DNA of 64,000 nucleotides from Verrucomicrobiota bacterium (GCA_047947115.1 CP170459.1:5216001-5280000); one strand, 5' to 3'; positions 1 to 10,063 are shown, numbered from the stretch's first letter. The notes: a model not told the origin generated them from the letters alone. Numbers and translations: made by a program.

Positions 1-572
1 TTGCCCAGCCGGGCCAACCCGGTGATGAAGGGGAATTTCAACTGGAATTGCGTATTCTGGCTGAGATTGGACTGGTGGGATATCCCAACGCCGGCAAATC
101 CACTCTGCTGACCACCATATCCAAAGCGCGCCCCAAGATCGCCCCCTACCCTTTTACCACACTGCATCCGCAGATTGGCGTGATGGAGTTCGAGGATTAC
201 CACCGCATGACAGTGTGTGACATTCCGGGACTCATTGATGGCGCCCACCAGAACGTGGGATTGGGACATGCATTCCTGCGTCATATTCAACGTTGCAAAG
301 CTTTGGTTCTCCTGATTGATATGGCTGGGACGGACAATCGAAAACCCTGGGACGATTTCAAGCAGCTTCGGAAAGAACTCGAACTTTACGATCCTGAAAT
401 GTTGGAAAAACCATTTGTTGTGGCAGCCAACAAAATGGATATGGAAGAAGCGGAAGAAAACTACAAAACCTTCCGCAAAAAAATACGAGGCGTCCAGGTC
501 ATCAAACTCGCCGCGGCTTTCGACGAAGGCGTACCCGAACTAAAAAACCGCATGCGCGAACTGGGAGAGTAG
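1..572 (+). CDS. obgE: GTPase ObgE/CgtA, C-terminal part (5' truncated by window edge)
   Basis: The frame is open from base 3 (AQPGQPGDEGEFQLELRILAEIGLVGYPNAGKS). G1 GYPNAGKS, G2 YPFTTL, G3 DIPGL and G4 NKMD motifs are present, as is the Obg-typical GLGHAFLRHIQRC. Confidence 0.95.
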   Translation, partial: AQPGQPGDEGEFQLELRILAEIGLVGYPNAGKSTLLTTISKARPKIAPYPFTTLHPQIGVMEFEDYHRMTVCDIPGLIDGAHQNVGLGHAFLRHIQRCKALVLLIDMAGTDNRKPWDDFKQLRKELELYDPEMLEKPFVVAANKMDMEEAEENYKTFRKKIRGVQVIKLAAAFDEGVPELKNRMRELGE

Positions 573-631
573 AGAATTGAAAATAGCGAATAGTGAATGT
601 TGAATTTACTATTTACCATTCTCAATTTACC
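571..631. repeat. Degenerate 7-bp periodic repeat arranged as an inverted pair
   Basis: AGAGAAT TGAAAAT AGCGAAT AGTGAAT GTTGAAT is followed by reverse-type units ATTTACT ATTTACC ATTCTCA ATTTACC. Confidence 0.7.
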
Positions 632-640
632 TTTTCCAAC

Positions 641-1399
641 ATGTCATCCACTTTTCGATCCAAGCTTCAACAGGGTGAAACCTTGTTTGGCTCCATTGTT
701 TCCATGCCCTGTGCGGCTTCGGCTGAAATCCTTGCTGATGTTGGTTATGACTGGCTTTTCATTGATACCGAACACGGACCGTTGGGGACCAACGAGCTGG
801 CCACGATCATTCAGTCGGTGGATCATCGCATTCCTTGCGTTGTTCGGGTTACTACCGCTGAAGAGTCCCAAATCAAACGCGCTCTTGATCTCGGCGCTAC
901 GGGTATCATCGCCCCCCAGGTCAACACTGCGGAGCAGGCGGCGGCGGTCGTGAGTTACTGCCGATACGCACCCGAAGGCACACGTGGGGTGGGTATCGGG
1001 CGAGCGCACGGATATGGAACCAAATTCCAGTCCTATGTGGAGAAGGCCAACCAGGAAACGACGGTCATTGTTCAAATCGAACACATCGATGCAGTCCAAG
1101 CCGTTGAATCCATCGTACAGGTGCCTGGCATAGACGCCATCCTGCTGGGTCCATACGATCTATCGGCCAGCCTCGGTAAAATGGGGAAAGTCGACGATCC
1201 GGAAGTCATGGCGGCCATCGACCGGGTCACCGAGGTTTGCCAAAAAGCAAAGCTGCCACTTGGCTACTTCGGAGTGAACGCAGAAGCAGTCCAAACATAT
1301 AAAGAAAAAGGTTATACCCTGCTCGTCACAGGAACAGACACGCTCTTCATGATCCAATCCGCAAAACGTACGTTAAAACAAATCAAGGGTGGAGTTTAA
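641..1399 (+). CDS. HpcH/HpaI-family class II aldolase (2-dehydro-3-deoxyglucarate/KDR aldolase-like)
   Basis: Motifs GYDWLFIDTEHG, RALDLGA, YAPEGTRG, VQIEH and GPYDLSASLG. ATG at 641 is preferred because the upstream in-frame extension is the heptamer repeat. Confidence 0.9.
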   Translation: MSSTFRSKLQQGETLFGSIVSMPCAASAEILADVGYDWLFIDTEHGPLGTNELATIIQSVDHRIPCVVRVTTAEESQIKRALDLGATGIIAPQVNTAEQAAAVVSYCRYAPEGTRGVGIGRAHGYGTKFQSYVEKANQETTVIVQIEHIDAVQAVESIVQVPGIDAILLGPYDLSASLGKMGKVDDPEVMAAIDRVTEVCQKAKLPLGYFGVNAEAVQTYKEKGYTLLVTGTDTLFMIQSAKRTLKQIKGGV

Positions 1400-1412
1400 G
1401 ATTGGTAAAATT

Positions 1413-1622
1413 CGGGTAGATCGTGCCGTCCCTGGCGCGTCCCTTGTGGGATCCAATCCGCAATCAACTTCCGTTTGGGAAAGCCTGAGGTTCCCGATAG
1501 TCTGTTACTTTCGCAGCAGGCCGATATGGCTGGCGCGATGGCTCCGCGTCAGGGTTTCCATCGGATGGCATTCCTGACCAGGCAAGCCATAAGGGGCGGA
1601 TCGGGACGATCAGATCTACCCG
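1413..1622. mobile_element. ~210-bp GTAG-type REPIN/MITE-like element, family A, copy 1
   Basis: Terminal inverted repeat CGGGTAGATC...GATCTACCCG. Each end is GTAG plus a hairpin, and internal complementary blocks are present. A near-identical copy lies at 3654-3861. Confidence 0.85.
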
Positions 1623-1645
1623 CACGACATCCTCGTCACGAGGAC

Positions 1646-1672
1646 CATCCAGAACATCCTGTTAATCCTGTC
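1646..1672 (+). repeat. 9-bp periodic repeat (CATCCAGAA CATCCTGTT AATCCTGTC)
   Basis: Three degenerate nonamers; the same motif forms the arms at 10064-10080 and 10247-10263. Confidence 0.6.
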
Positions 1673-1683
1673 AAAAACAAACC

Positions 1684-3549
1684 TCAAGGATTCAAATCTT
1701 CATTCAACTTCTCAAGCAGGCGCGGCACATAGCCTCCAAACCGCCCAAGTTGTTTAGGGCTCGTATCCGGCAATGCCTTGATTTCTTCACGCACACCGAC
1801 GGCCTTATCACCAAGCATCTGCAGGGCATTGAGGTTGTACATGGCTGAAAACACACCATCTTCCACCATATTGGAACCATCGATCAAGGTCCTCAAAACA
1901 GCATCCAAATTTCGATCGGTAAAGGTTCCGAGTGCTTCCCCTGCTATGGCACGCACGTAAGGAGAGTCATCTTTCAATGCCAGCAGCAGTTCATTTTCAT
2001 GAGAACGAACAACCTCTATGCCGCGAATAAGAAAACCCAAAGCGCCCCAAAAACGCACGGCGCTGTCCTCCGATCTCAACGCATCCAACAAGTCGGGAAT
2101 CGATTCCGCATCACGCCCGGCGGCGATCTGCGCGATTTGGAAGACTGATTCCAGATCGTATGCCTCATTGTTATGCCCCATTTCATAGGGAGTCGATCCC
2201 TCGGCTCGATGATGAATTTCACCTTCCGGTAGAAAGCCCAGATCACGGGTTTCCAGCACCCAATCCTGATGAACCTGGCGAAATCGATTCAGCACGGCGC
2301 GATGGGAAGGAGATTCGGCCAGGTTCTTGACCTCATCCGGATCATACTCCAGATCATAAAGTTCCTCGACGGGTTTTTGTTTCCAGAAATAGGTCATCGG
2401 TGCTTTCAACTGTCCGGCATCATACATTTTCTTCCAGACCTGTGTGGTGGGGGTCTGAAACATGTATTGGATGTATTGACCATAGATGCGGTGCGGCATG
2501 TAGTGCCGGATATAAACATACCTTTTATCCCGAACCGATCGCACCAGATCGTAACGCTCGTCCATACGCCCTCGGAATCCAAATTGATATTTCACCGGAT
2601 CCGTTTCGTATTTTCCCATAAAGGCGTGTCCTTGCATATGCTGGGGCGGTTTGATGCCCACAATACTCAACAAGGTGGGTGCCAGATCAATAAATCCGAC
2701 CAGTCGATCCGTCTCGCCACCCATGGTGTAATCATCCGGTGCCAGTTGTTTGAACTTCTCAGGCACATGCACGATGAGGGGCACGCTCAAGCCGGAGTTA
2801 TAGGGCCAACGCTTGCTGCGAGGCATGCCGGAACCGTGGTCACCGTAGTAAAAAACAATGGTGTCATCCGCCAAACCAGCCTCTTCGATTTCACGCAGGT
2901 ATTGCCCGGCGGTAGCATCCATTTCAGATAGCTTATCATGATATTGAGCCCAGTCCTGCCGCACTTCGGGGGTATCCGGATGATAGGCCGGCACGCGCAC
3001 TTTGTCCGGATCATGAACGGCTTGATGCGGGCGCTTCCTGATCTGGCTTTCGTGACTCGTGGTGATGTTGAAAATCGCAAAAAACGGCTGCCCTTGTGCC
3101 CGGTTTTTCCAATGGGCATCACGGGAAGATTCATCCCATACCTTTTCGACAGGTTTGGCGACATTGTAGTCTTCCTTACTGTTGTTCGTGCAGTAATACC
3201 CTGCTGCTTTCAGGTATTGCGGATACATTTTCATGAATTCCGGCATGTTCACCATGCTACGCATGTGTTGACCACCGGTGGCAGGTGGATAAACGCCTGA
3301 AATAATCGTGGTTCGCGCAGGAGCGCAAACGGGGGCGGTCGACCAGGCATTGCGATAAATCAAACCTTTGGCGGCAAGCCCATCCAGGTTGGGTGTCGTC
3401 GCGTAATCATCTCCATAACAGCCCAGGTGTGGTCCGTTGTCCTCACTGGTGATCCAGAGAATGTTCGGCTTATCAGCGCCCCACATGGAAGCAACCAAAC
3501 CAAAGCAAATCACTGCCCAAACGCATCGTTGGAAAGAATTGGAAACCAT
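1684..3549 (-). CDS. Secreted Cys-type (formylglycine) sulfatase with C-terminal HEAT-like repeats
   Basis: Signal peptide, KPNILWITSED, CAPAR FGly motif, GDHG and EELYDL. The C-terminus has LxxxDxxVRxxA repeats. Confidence 0.9.
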   Translation of the reverse strand: MVSNSFQRCVWAVICFGLVASMWGADKPNILWITSEDNGPHLGCYGDDYATTPNLDGLAAKGLIYRNAWSTAPVCAPARTTIISGVYPPATGGQHMRSMVNMPEFMKMYPQYLKAAGYYCTNNSKEDYNVAKPVEKVWDESSRDAHWKNRAQGQPFFAIFNITTSHESQIRKRPHQAVHDPDKVRVPAYHPDTPEVRQDWAQYHDKLSEMDATAGQYLREIEEAGLADDTIVFYYGDHGSGMPRSKRWPYNSGLSVPLIVHVPEKFKQLAPDDYTMGGETDRLVGFIDLAPTLLSIVGIKPPQHMQGHAFMGKYETDPVKYQFGFRGRMDERYDLVRSVRDKRYVYIRHYMPHRIYGQYIQYMFQTPTTQVWKKMYDAGQLKAPMTYFWKQKPVEELYDLEYDPDEVKNLAESPSHRAVLNRFRQVHQDWVLETRDLGFLPEGEIHHRAEGSTPYEMGHNNEAYDLESVFQIAQIAAGRDAESIPDLLDALRSEDSAVRFWGALGFLIRGIEVVRSHENELLLALKDDSPYVRAIAGEALGTFTDRNLDAVLRTLIDGSNMVEDGVFSAMYNLNALQMLGDKAVGVREEIKALPDTSPKQLGRFGGYVPRLLEKLNEDLNP

Positions 3550-3593
3550 GAGGACTTTGTATCAAGGTCCCCTCTTTTTGAAAAGCCCAACGT

Positions 3594-3628
3594 TTTGAAT
3601 GGTGAATTTAAAATGGTAAATGGTGAAT
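3594..3628 (+). repeat. 7-bp periodic repeat (TTTGAAT GGTGAAT TTAAAAT GGTAAAT GGTGAAT)
   Basis: Five heptamers ending in AAT, directly visible. Confidence 0.75.
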
Positions 3629-3653
3629 TGGCATCCACTTCGCTGACGCTCGT

Positions 3654-3861
3654 GGGTAGATCGTGCCGTCCCTGGCGCGTTCCTTCTGGGATCCAATCCA
3701 AAATCAACTTCCGTTTGGGAAAGCCTGAGGTTCTCGATAGCCTGCTACTTTCGCAGCAAGCCTATATGGCTGGCGCGATGCCTCCGCGTCAGGGTTTCCA
3801 TCCTATGGCATTCCTGACCAGGCAAGCCATAAGGTGCGGATCGGGACGATCAGCTCTACCT
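3654..3861. mobile_element. ~210-bp GTAG-type REPIN/MITE-like element, family A, copy 2
   Basis: Direct repeat of 1413-1622 with about 15 substitutions by manual count and no indels noticed. Confidence 0.85.
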
Positions 3862-3867
3862 GTTGAT

Positions 3868-5301
3868 TTAAAGATTACCCGCTTTTTCTCCGTGGGGCAG
3901 TGTATCTGGAATCACATAGACGCCTGTCGTGGTCTTGAGTGGAAGTGGAACTTTGTCGTCCTTAAAGGTGAATTCCAACACAAAAGCACGCCAACCCTTT
4001 TCAGGGCCTTCGACTTTCACTTCATAGGTCAGGCCTGTAGCATCACTGGCTTTGACTTCTTTAGCCTTCCATGAGCGACCAATCGTATCGACACGAAAAT
4101 CACGGGCATCCGGATTATCGGCTACCCATACTTTGACTGCTTTAGGACGCATCCCTTTGGCGGATGCGATCAAGTGGCCGGGTGAAGGTGACCCCCAGGC
4201 AATTTCCGGAATAGTGACGCCGTGGATCACTGAAAAATAACCTGCCATGAGCGTTTCCCAGGCATCTGTTTCCCGTAGACTATGTTCCCCGTTGGGCACA
4301 TATCGAAGGTTTTTGGGGCCTTCCAGCTCATCAAAATAAAACCGCCAGGAATCCGGCAGAAAGAACTGATCGCCGCAGGCATTAATGATGAACTTGGGCA
4401 TCTCGGTCAGGCGATCGCGATACTCATAAGGTTCGACAATTTTCATGAGGTTTTTGTACTCCGGCGAATCCTGCCATTCCATGATGCCCATGGATTCGTA
4501 GTTTCCAACAGCAGGAGCGTAAAAACCATAAGCTGAAAAATGATGCTTGAAGGATGGAATCACGTTCAACATATCGATCACAATGGGGAAGATTGCCCGC
4601 ACTCGACGATCCACAGCGCCGGTCGTCCAAGTGGTCCAACCCCGCTTCGAGCCACCGGCAACGACGAATTGCTTCACATCCAGCCTTCCACCAGCTTCGG
4701 AGGCGCAAAAATCGCTCACTGTGTCCATGGCGCGCACTGCCGCCTTGGTCATGGGCAGCCGCGCGGGCCATTTTTCATCACCCGTTCGCAGATACTTGTC
4801 CCAGGTGTAGGCGATCATGGCATCCTCGACGCGTTCTTCTCCGTCGCCGGCAAACACCAACGGCTGATTGGGCACCATTTTCAATTCGGTCACCACCGAT
4901 CCGGTCGCTTGAGCAACCTGTACCAATCGCTCATCGGCTTCATTCGGAGCGCCGCTTTTGTTGCTGCCGCCACCAATCAAAAGCAAAGAAGAATCGGACA
5001 CCACCTTGGGCGGTACCACCACAATCATCCAATGTTTCCAGATGGGACGATCGACCTCAGCCTCGGTCAACCATTTCTGGGAGGTCATTTCCAACACGTG
5101 CACATTGGATTGATCCGATTTGAAAGTCTTGACCAATTGATAGCCGTAGTGTGGATCATCCGTGTAAACATACCGATCCAGCGCCGTGCCGTTCGGAACC
5201 CGGGCATTGGGATTAGCGGCGGACACATCCGGCCTCAGGCTGGAAACTCCTAGAGCAAACATCACGGAAAGGAAATGATAACGATTCAGATTCAATTTCA
5301 T
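3868..5301 (-). CDS. PhoPQ-activated pathogenicity-related (PqaA-type) alpha/beta hydrolase, secreted
   Basis: Motifs LEMTSQKW, VPNQPL, RLPMTKA, GGSKRGWTTW, DQFFLPD and YVPNGEH, plus a signal peptide. The start could also be 5331. Confidence 0.85.
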   Translation of the reverse strand: MKLNLNRYHFLSVMFALGVSSLRPDVSAANPNARVPNGTALDRYVYTDDPHYGYQLVKTFKSDQSNVHVLEMTSQKWLTEAEVDRPIWKHWMIVVVPPKVVSDSSLLLIGGGSNKSGAPNEADERLVQVAQATGSVVTELKMVPNQPLVFAGDGEERVEDAMIAYTWDKYLRTGDEKWPARLPMTKAAVRAMDTVSDFCASEAGGRLDVKQFVVAGGSKRGWTTWTTGAVDRRVRAIFPIVIDMLNVIPSFKHHFSAYGFYAPAVGNYESMGIMEWQDSPEYKNLMKIVEPYEYRDRLTEMPKFIINACGDQFFLPDSWRFYFDELEGPKNLRYVPNGEHSLRETDAWETLMAGYFSVIHGVTIPEIAWGSPSPGHLIASAKGMRPKAVKVWVADNPDARDFRVDTIGRSWKAKEVKASDATGLTYEVKVEGPEKGWRAFVLEFTFKDDKVPLPLKTTTGVYVIPDTLPHGEKAGNL

Positions 5302-5334
5302 GTCTGGTAATTGGAATAAATAACGTGGCATTCA

Positions 5335-6264
5335 TCAGTGCATCTCGACATCACAATGTCCTATGCCGCCGATGTAAAAGTTAAATTGGACGTTCGGATG
5401 ATCCGCCAGCAAGGACATGGGCACCGCGCTGTCGGCGACTCCCTTGGAAATCATCAATGTCGTCAGGCGCTGGCCAAACGGATTATCATGCGTTCCGGCA
5501 TGCCAAATGGAAACCTTTTCAGCCTGCCAGGTTTCTTTGGGACCAACGGTGACAGCCTGGGTCGGAACGAGAGAAATGTTGCCTCCCCCCGAGGTTCGGG
5601 CGTTCTGAGCAATGGTCAAAGGGTGCAATTCCACGATTCGAGTGGCGAGTTTTCTGTAATCTTCAGGACTCGGCGGTGCGGATTTGTATTTGCCCTTTCG
5701 ACGCAAGGGATCATTGAACGCCCAATGTTTCACATCCCCCTGCCCTCCCTGCATCACCGCACAACGCACCCCGTCCCAGCTTTTGCGGTAGGCGGTGGTG
5801 TCGGCTTTGGGAAAGTAGAGCTGACTGTCCGGCATTCGCAGCGATTTTTTGATGCGATTGAAACACAGCTCGCGATCGGCGCGTTCGAAACTCAGAGGAT
5901 GATGTACATCCACTTCTTTTCCATCGATACACCATTCATCCATTCCCCAGAAAAGACCGCTTCGAACATCCAGATCCAGAGCGTTCACCAATTGCGCCAC
6001 CAGAGGCAGTTGTTCGGTCGGCCCGATCGGACCACAAATGCCGACCGGATTGTCCCCCGTGGATTGCTTCCAAGCATCAATGTATTCCAATGCTTCGGCC
6101 AAATAAAACGCTTCGAGGGTGTCATAGAAAACCACTTTGAATCCGGGACGGCTCAAGCCCTGGAGTTTCTTGGGTGTGAGGGATGCTGCATCGGCGATCA
6201 AATCATCATCCAATGTCGTGTAATCCCACCAATCGGGGGCGATCTGGCTCAGTTTTCTCGGCAT
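5335..6264 (-). CDS. Glucosamine-6-phosphate isomerase/deaminase-like (NagB fold) protein
   Basis: [22 protein letters not shown] and [14 protein letters not shown] resemble NagB-superfamily motifs. The substrate is uncertain. Confidence 0.75.
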   Translation of the reverse strand: MPRKLSQIAPDWWDYTTLDDDLIADAASLTPKKLQGLSRPGFKVVFYDTLEAFYLAEALEYIDAWKQSTGDNPVGICGPIGPTEQLPLVAQLVNALDLDVRSGLFWGMDEWCIDGKEVDVHHPLSFERADRELCFNRIKKSLRMPDSQLYFPKADTTAYRKSWDGVRCAVMQGGQGDVKHWAFNDPLRRKGKYKSAPPSPEDYRKLATRIVELHPLTIAQNARTSGGGNISLVPTQAVTVGPKETWQAEKVSIWHAGTHDNPFGQRLTTLMISKGVADSAVPMSLLADHPNVQFNFYIGGIGHCDVEMH

Positions 6265-6317
6265 GACGAATGCCATTCTTGCGTTGCCTGATTTGAAAGG
6301 TCAAGAGTCCAGTTCCA

Positions 6318-7409
6318 TTATCTAAACGGATAGGTCAGTTGCCGTGATTGCAAAGGTGTTGCAGGGAGGGAGCGGTTTTTTTCAGACAAACGATAGAGGT
6401 TCCGCTCCTTCAGATATTCCACCACAAGGTCAGGGCGGTCAGACTGGATGTAATCGGCTCCCGCTTCTACCGCCAGCTCCATGTAAAGAGCCGTATCGGC
6501 ACGTTCCAGGCAGTTCACAAAGGCCCCGCACCCATGCGTATGGGTCAGGCGGATGGCTTCTTCTGTAACAGCGTGCCAATCCATGTTGATCAAAGCCGGA
6601 CGCAAGGTCCGGGCCAGTTCCGGAACTTGAAGCGGGTAATCAATCGTTGGCCGGATCCGCATGCGGGGTTCAAGATCGGAAATGGTCTGGCATCTCCCCC
6701 AGGAGCCGTGCATGGTGCAGTCCGATATCATGTCCAATTCGCGCACCACGTTGAGGAGCCCCTCGATGTCACCTTCCTTGTAATCCAGATCAGGGTCAAT
6801 GCGTCCTTTCATGGTCTGCAATGCGTCGCGCAAGGTGGGAACACGCACGATGCCTTTCCCGTCATGTTTGATCTCAAGCACCAGGATTTGTTCCAAGGTC
6901 AAGTCTGCAACACGCCCACTTCCGTTGGTGGTTCGTTGAACTGTCTCGTCATGCATGAGCACCAGGTGACCATCACGCGTTTGACGAATATCGATTTCAA
7001 TCAAGTCGGCACCGATTTCAATGGCTTTCTCAATGGCGGGCAAGGTGTTTTCAGGTGGCCCCAACAAGGCCCCTCCACGGTGCGCCACCACTTGAATGCC
7101 CGGCCACTCATATATCCGTTCGGCAGCGACCTCCGCCCATTCGTCCACTGACAACAATCGCCCGTGGCGGCCGTGAACGCGTGCGATGTAGCGTTGCTCG
7201 CCACGATGCCCCTGCATGACATAAATGGAATCACCTCCAGAGGGTTCGGTACGGATCGAATCGACAACACCCCCGATTTGTATCTCAAAAACGTGCACCG
7301 CTTCCAACTGAGAAACCTGTGCTTGAAGCGTCGTGACCAGGTATAGACCAAAACAAAAAATCATTCCGACGGACGAAAATCGATTCACAGCCATGTTCAT
7401 GTGAAGCAT
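6318..7409 (-). CDS. Glycerophosphodiester phosphodiesterase family protein with N-terminal extra (PepSY-like) segment
   Basis: Motifs VAHRGG, PENTL, IEIDIRQTRDGHLVLMHDETV, RVPTL and IQSDRP, plus an N-terminal signal peptide. Confidence 0.85.
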   Translation of the reverse strand: MLHMNMAVNRFSSVGMIFCFGLYLVTTLQAQVSQLEAVHVFEIQIGGVVDSIRTEPSGGDSIYVMQGHRGEQRYIARVHGRHGRLLSVDEWAEVAAERIYEWPGIQVVAHRGGALLGPPENTLPAIEKAIEIGADLIEIDIRQTRDGHLVLMHDETVQRTTNGSGRVADLTLEQILVLEIKHDGKGIVRVPTLRDALQTMKGRIDPDLDYKEGDIEGLLNVVRELDMISDCTMHGSWGRCQTISDLEPRMRIRPTIDYPLQVPELARTLRPALINMDWHAVTEEAIRLTHTHGCGAFVNCLERADTALYMELAVEAGADYIQSDRPDLVVEYLKERNLYRLSEKNRSLPATPLQSRQLTYPFR

Positions 7410-7570
7410 ATTAGAGCCACCTAATTCGAGCGTCCATGTTGTTTTGAATTGTGTTCACCCGGATTTATAACTATGGATGAGGGCTGTCTTGGGGACGGAC
7501 CAGCCGCCACAACCGGCGTCTTGCCTGGACCACCTTCGACAGGTCGTAACAATTTTGACGGGCAGCACAA

Positions 7571-8851
7571 GTGAAACTCACGGATTTAAGAGGCATCCTG
7601 CAATACATCCCCCGATTCCGGGACAAGATCTTTGTGATCAGTCTGGACGGTGCGGTGGTTGCCGGCGAAAACTTCTCCAACCTACTGTTGGACATCGCCT
7701 TGCTGCGTTCGCTCAACATTCGCCCGGTACTGGTCCATGGGGCGGCCCACCAGATTGTTTCCTGGTCGGAAAAAATCAAGCAAGCGGCCAGCAACACAGA
7801 TGGGGGAGGCATCACGGATGAAAACACCCTTCAAATGGCCATTCACGCCTCGACGATGGTAACCCATCAGATTCTGGAAGGACTATCCAACTCCGACCTG
7901 CGCGGAGCATCCACCAATGCCATTATCGCGCATCCGAAAGGGATCATACGAGGGATCGATCAACAATGGACAGGCAAAGTGGAACGAGTGGATTCGGCCT
8001 TGTTGGAAGTCCTTATTTCCAAGGATATCATCCCGATCATTTCTCCTCTTGGATTTGACGGAGAAGGACGCACCTTCCGCGTAAACTCGGATTCCATCGC
8101 CCTGGCAGTGGCCAAGGCCTTGAAAGCCACCAAACTGATTTTCATCACCACAGAGGACGGATTGATCTATGAGAACCAGTTGATCCGGCAAATGGCCGTC
8201 AATGAACTTGATGAGCGGCTGCAAAAACAACCTGGCGGATTCGCCGCCGACAGCCTTTCCAAAGCGCAGCACGCCGCAGAAGCCTGTCGATGGCATGTGC
8301 CCAGAGCACACATCATCAACGGAGGTGTGGTGGAAGGATTGCTCGCGGAGGTTTTTTCCAATGAGGGAATTGGCACCCTGATCTATGCAAACGAGTATCA
8401 GCAGATTCGACAGGCACGCAAAAAGGATACATCAGCCCTGGTTCAGATGACACGGGGATCGGTGGCAAACGAGGAGTTGCTGAAACGCAGCAAATCGGCC
8501 ATCGAAAAACATATCGGCGACTACTACCTTTTTGAAATCGACCATCACCCCATTGGATGCGTGGCTTTGCATGTTTATCCTGAGCAGAAAACGGGAGAAC
8601 TGGCATTTCTCTACGTGCATCCATCCCATGAAAATCAGGGCATCGGCCGCAAGCTGATTCAATTCGTGGAGAATCGGGCAAAGGAATTGCAACTGAACTC
8701 GCTGTTTCTCCTGTCGACACAGGCTTTCGCCTACTTCCACACCAAAGCAGCTTATCAGGAAGGTTCCCCCGACGACCTCCCCCCCGACCGCCGTAAAAAA
8801 TACGACGCCAACGGACGCAACTCGCGTGTTCTCATCAAGCGGTTTGCCTGA
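7571..8851 (+). CDS. argA: Amino-acid N-acetyltransferase (N-acetylglutamate synthase, AAK + GNAT domains)
   Basis: N-terminal AAK-like domain (YIPRFRDKIFVI, VLVHGA, LLAEVFSNEGIGT) and C-terminal GNAT (HENQGIGRKL, RNSRVL). GTG start. Confidence 0.9.
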   Translation: MKLTDLRGILQYIPRFRDKIFVISLDGAVVAGENFSNLLLDIALLRSLNIRPVLVHGAAHQIVSWSEKIKQAASNTDGGGITDENTLQMAIHASTMVTHQILEGLSNSDLRGASTNAIIAHPKGIIRGIDQQWTGKVERVDSALLEVLISKDIIPIISPLGFDGEGRTFRVNSDSIALAVAKALKATKLIFITTEDGLIYENQLIRQMAVNELDERLQKQPGGFAADSLSKAQHAAEACRWHVPRAHIINGGVVEGLLAEVFSNEGIGTLIYANEYQQIRQARKKDTSALVQMTRGSVANEELLKRSKSAIEKHIGDYYLFEIDHHPIGCVALHVYPEQKTGELAFLYVHPSHENQGIGRKLIQFVENRAKELQLNSLFLLSTQAFAYFHTKAAYQEGSPDDLPPDRRKKYDANGRNSRVLIKRFA

Positions 8852-8893
8852 CGCAGTTGTTTGAGCCCAGATTGCGGAATGCGGTCAAAACAA

Positions 8894-9982
8894 TCAAGCC
8901 CCCCCGCACTGCGCCGCATCCCGCATGGCGTGATCCATGAGCACGAGCGCCGCCATGGCTTCAACAATCGGAACGGCTCGCGGCAGCACACATGGATCAT
9001 GACGTCCACGTCCCTTCAATGTCGTGTTCTGATGGTTGTCATCCACAGTATCCTGTTCGTGCATCACTGTAGCCGTTGGCTTGAAGGCAGTGCGAAAATA
9101 AATCGGCATACCATTGGATATCCCCCCTTGTACGCCACCCGAACGGTTTGATGAAGTGATCACCCCACCTTCATCGGTGGCACGGAATGGGTCATTATGC
9201 TGGGTCCCGGTCAAGGTGATGCCGCCAAAACCTGATCCGACATCAAATCCTTTACAGGCAGGCAAACTCAGCATGGCTTTGGCCAGGTCGGCTTCCAATC
9301 GATCAAATACTGGACTTCCCCATCCTACCGGCACACCGCGGATCACGCATTCCACAATCCCTCCGACACTGTCACCGGCCTTGCGAATGGCTTCGATGCG
9401 CTCGATCATTTTTTCAGCGGTATCGGCATCGGGGCAACGGACTATGTTGGATTCGACCTGATCTTTGGTCACGGTGTCCGTATTGATCTCGGCGGCGATA
9501 TCCTGAACCTGTTTCACATAAGCTATGATCTCCACACCATATTCCAGGCACAAAATCTTTTTAGCTACCGCAGCGGCGGCGACGCGACCGATGGTTTCAC
9601 GTGCACTGCTGCGGCCTCCTCCGTGAGGATTCCGGATGCCGTATTTGGTTTCATAGGTAAAATCGGCATGGGAGGGACGAAATTTCCTGGCCATCTCCGA
9701 ATAGGCTTCGGGGCGCGCATCCTTGTTCCGCACCCACATCATGATAGGCGTCCCCAAGGTCTTGCCTTCAAAGACACCTGACAAAATCTCCACCTGATCC
9801 GCTTCATTACGGGGTGTGACAATCTTGGACTGCCCGGGGCGACGCCGGTCGAGCTCTGGTTGTATATCCGCTTCAGACAGTTCAACACATGGAGGACATC
9901 CATCCAACACAACGCCAACACCGCCCCCGTGGGATTCTCCCCACGTGGTGATTCGAAACATATGTCCGAAAGTATTTCCCAT
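8894..9982 (-). CDS. aroC: Chorismate synthase
   Basis: Motifs [42 protein letters not shown] and [13 protein letters not shown]. Confidence 0.97.
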   Translation of the reverse strand: MGNTFGHMFRITTWGESHGGGVGVVLDGCPPCVELSEADIQPELDRRRPGQSKIVTPRNEADQVEILSGVFEGKTLGTPIMMWVRNKDARPEAYSEMARKFRPSHADFTYETKYGIRNPHGGGRSSARETIGRVAAAAVAKKILCLEYGVEIIAYVKQVQDIAAEINTDTVTKDQVESNIVRCPDADTAEKMIERIEAIRKAGDSVGGIVECVIRGVPVGWGSPVFDRLEADLAKAMLSLPACKGFDVGSGFGGITLTGTQHNDPFRATDEGGVITSSNRSGGVQGGISNGMPIYFRTAFKPTATVMHEQDTVDDNHQNTTLKGRGRHDPCVLPRAVPIVEAMAALVLMDHAMRDAAQCGGA

Positions 9983-10063
9983 GGCCAAAGCATGGTCAAA
10001 AACTCAGCGAAGGTCAATTATTCGAAATCCAGATGGGGATAAGTCGTCTTCAAGGCTTTCTTT

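Noticed and set aside
3427..4074. 215-aa ORF sharing a peptide with ORF 1475-1732
   Set aside because: The shared peptide is simply translation of the repeated 210-bp element, not a protein family.
5329..5337. NagB-like and PqaA ORFs in the same frame as another readthrough case
   Set aside because: They are separated by tandem TGA TGA, and each is a complete protein of a different family, the second with its own signal peptide.
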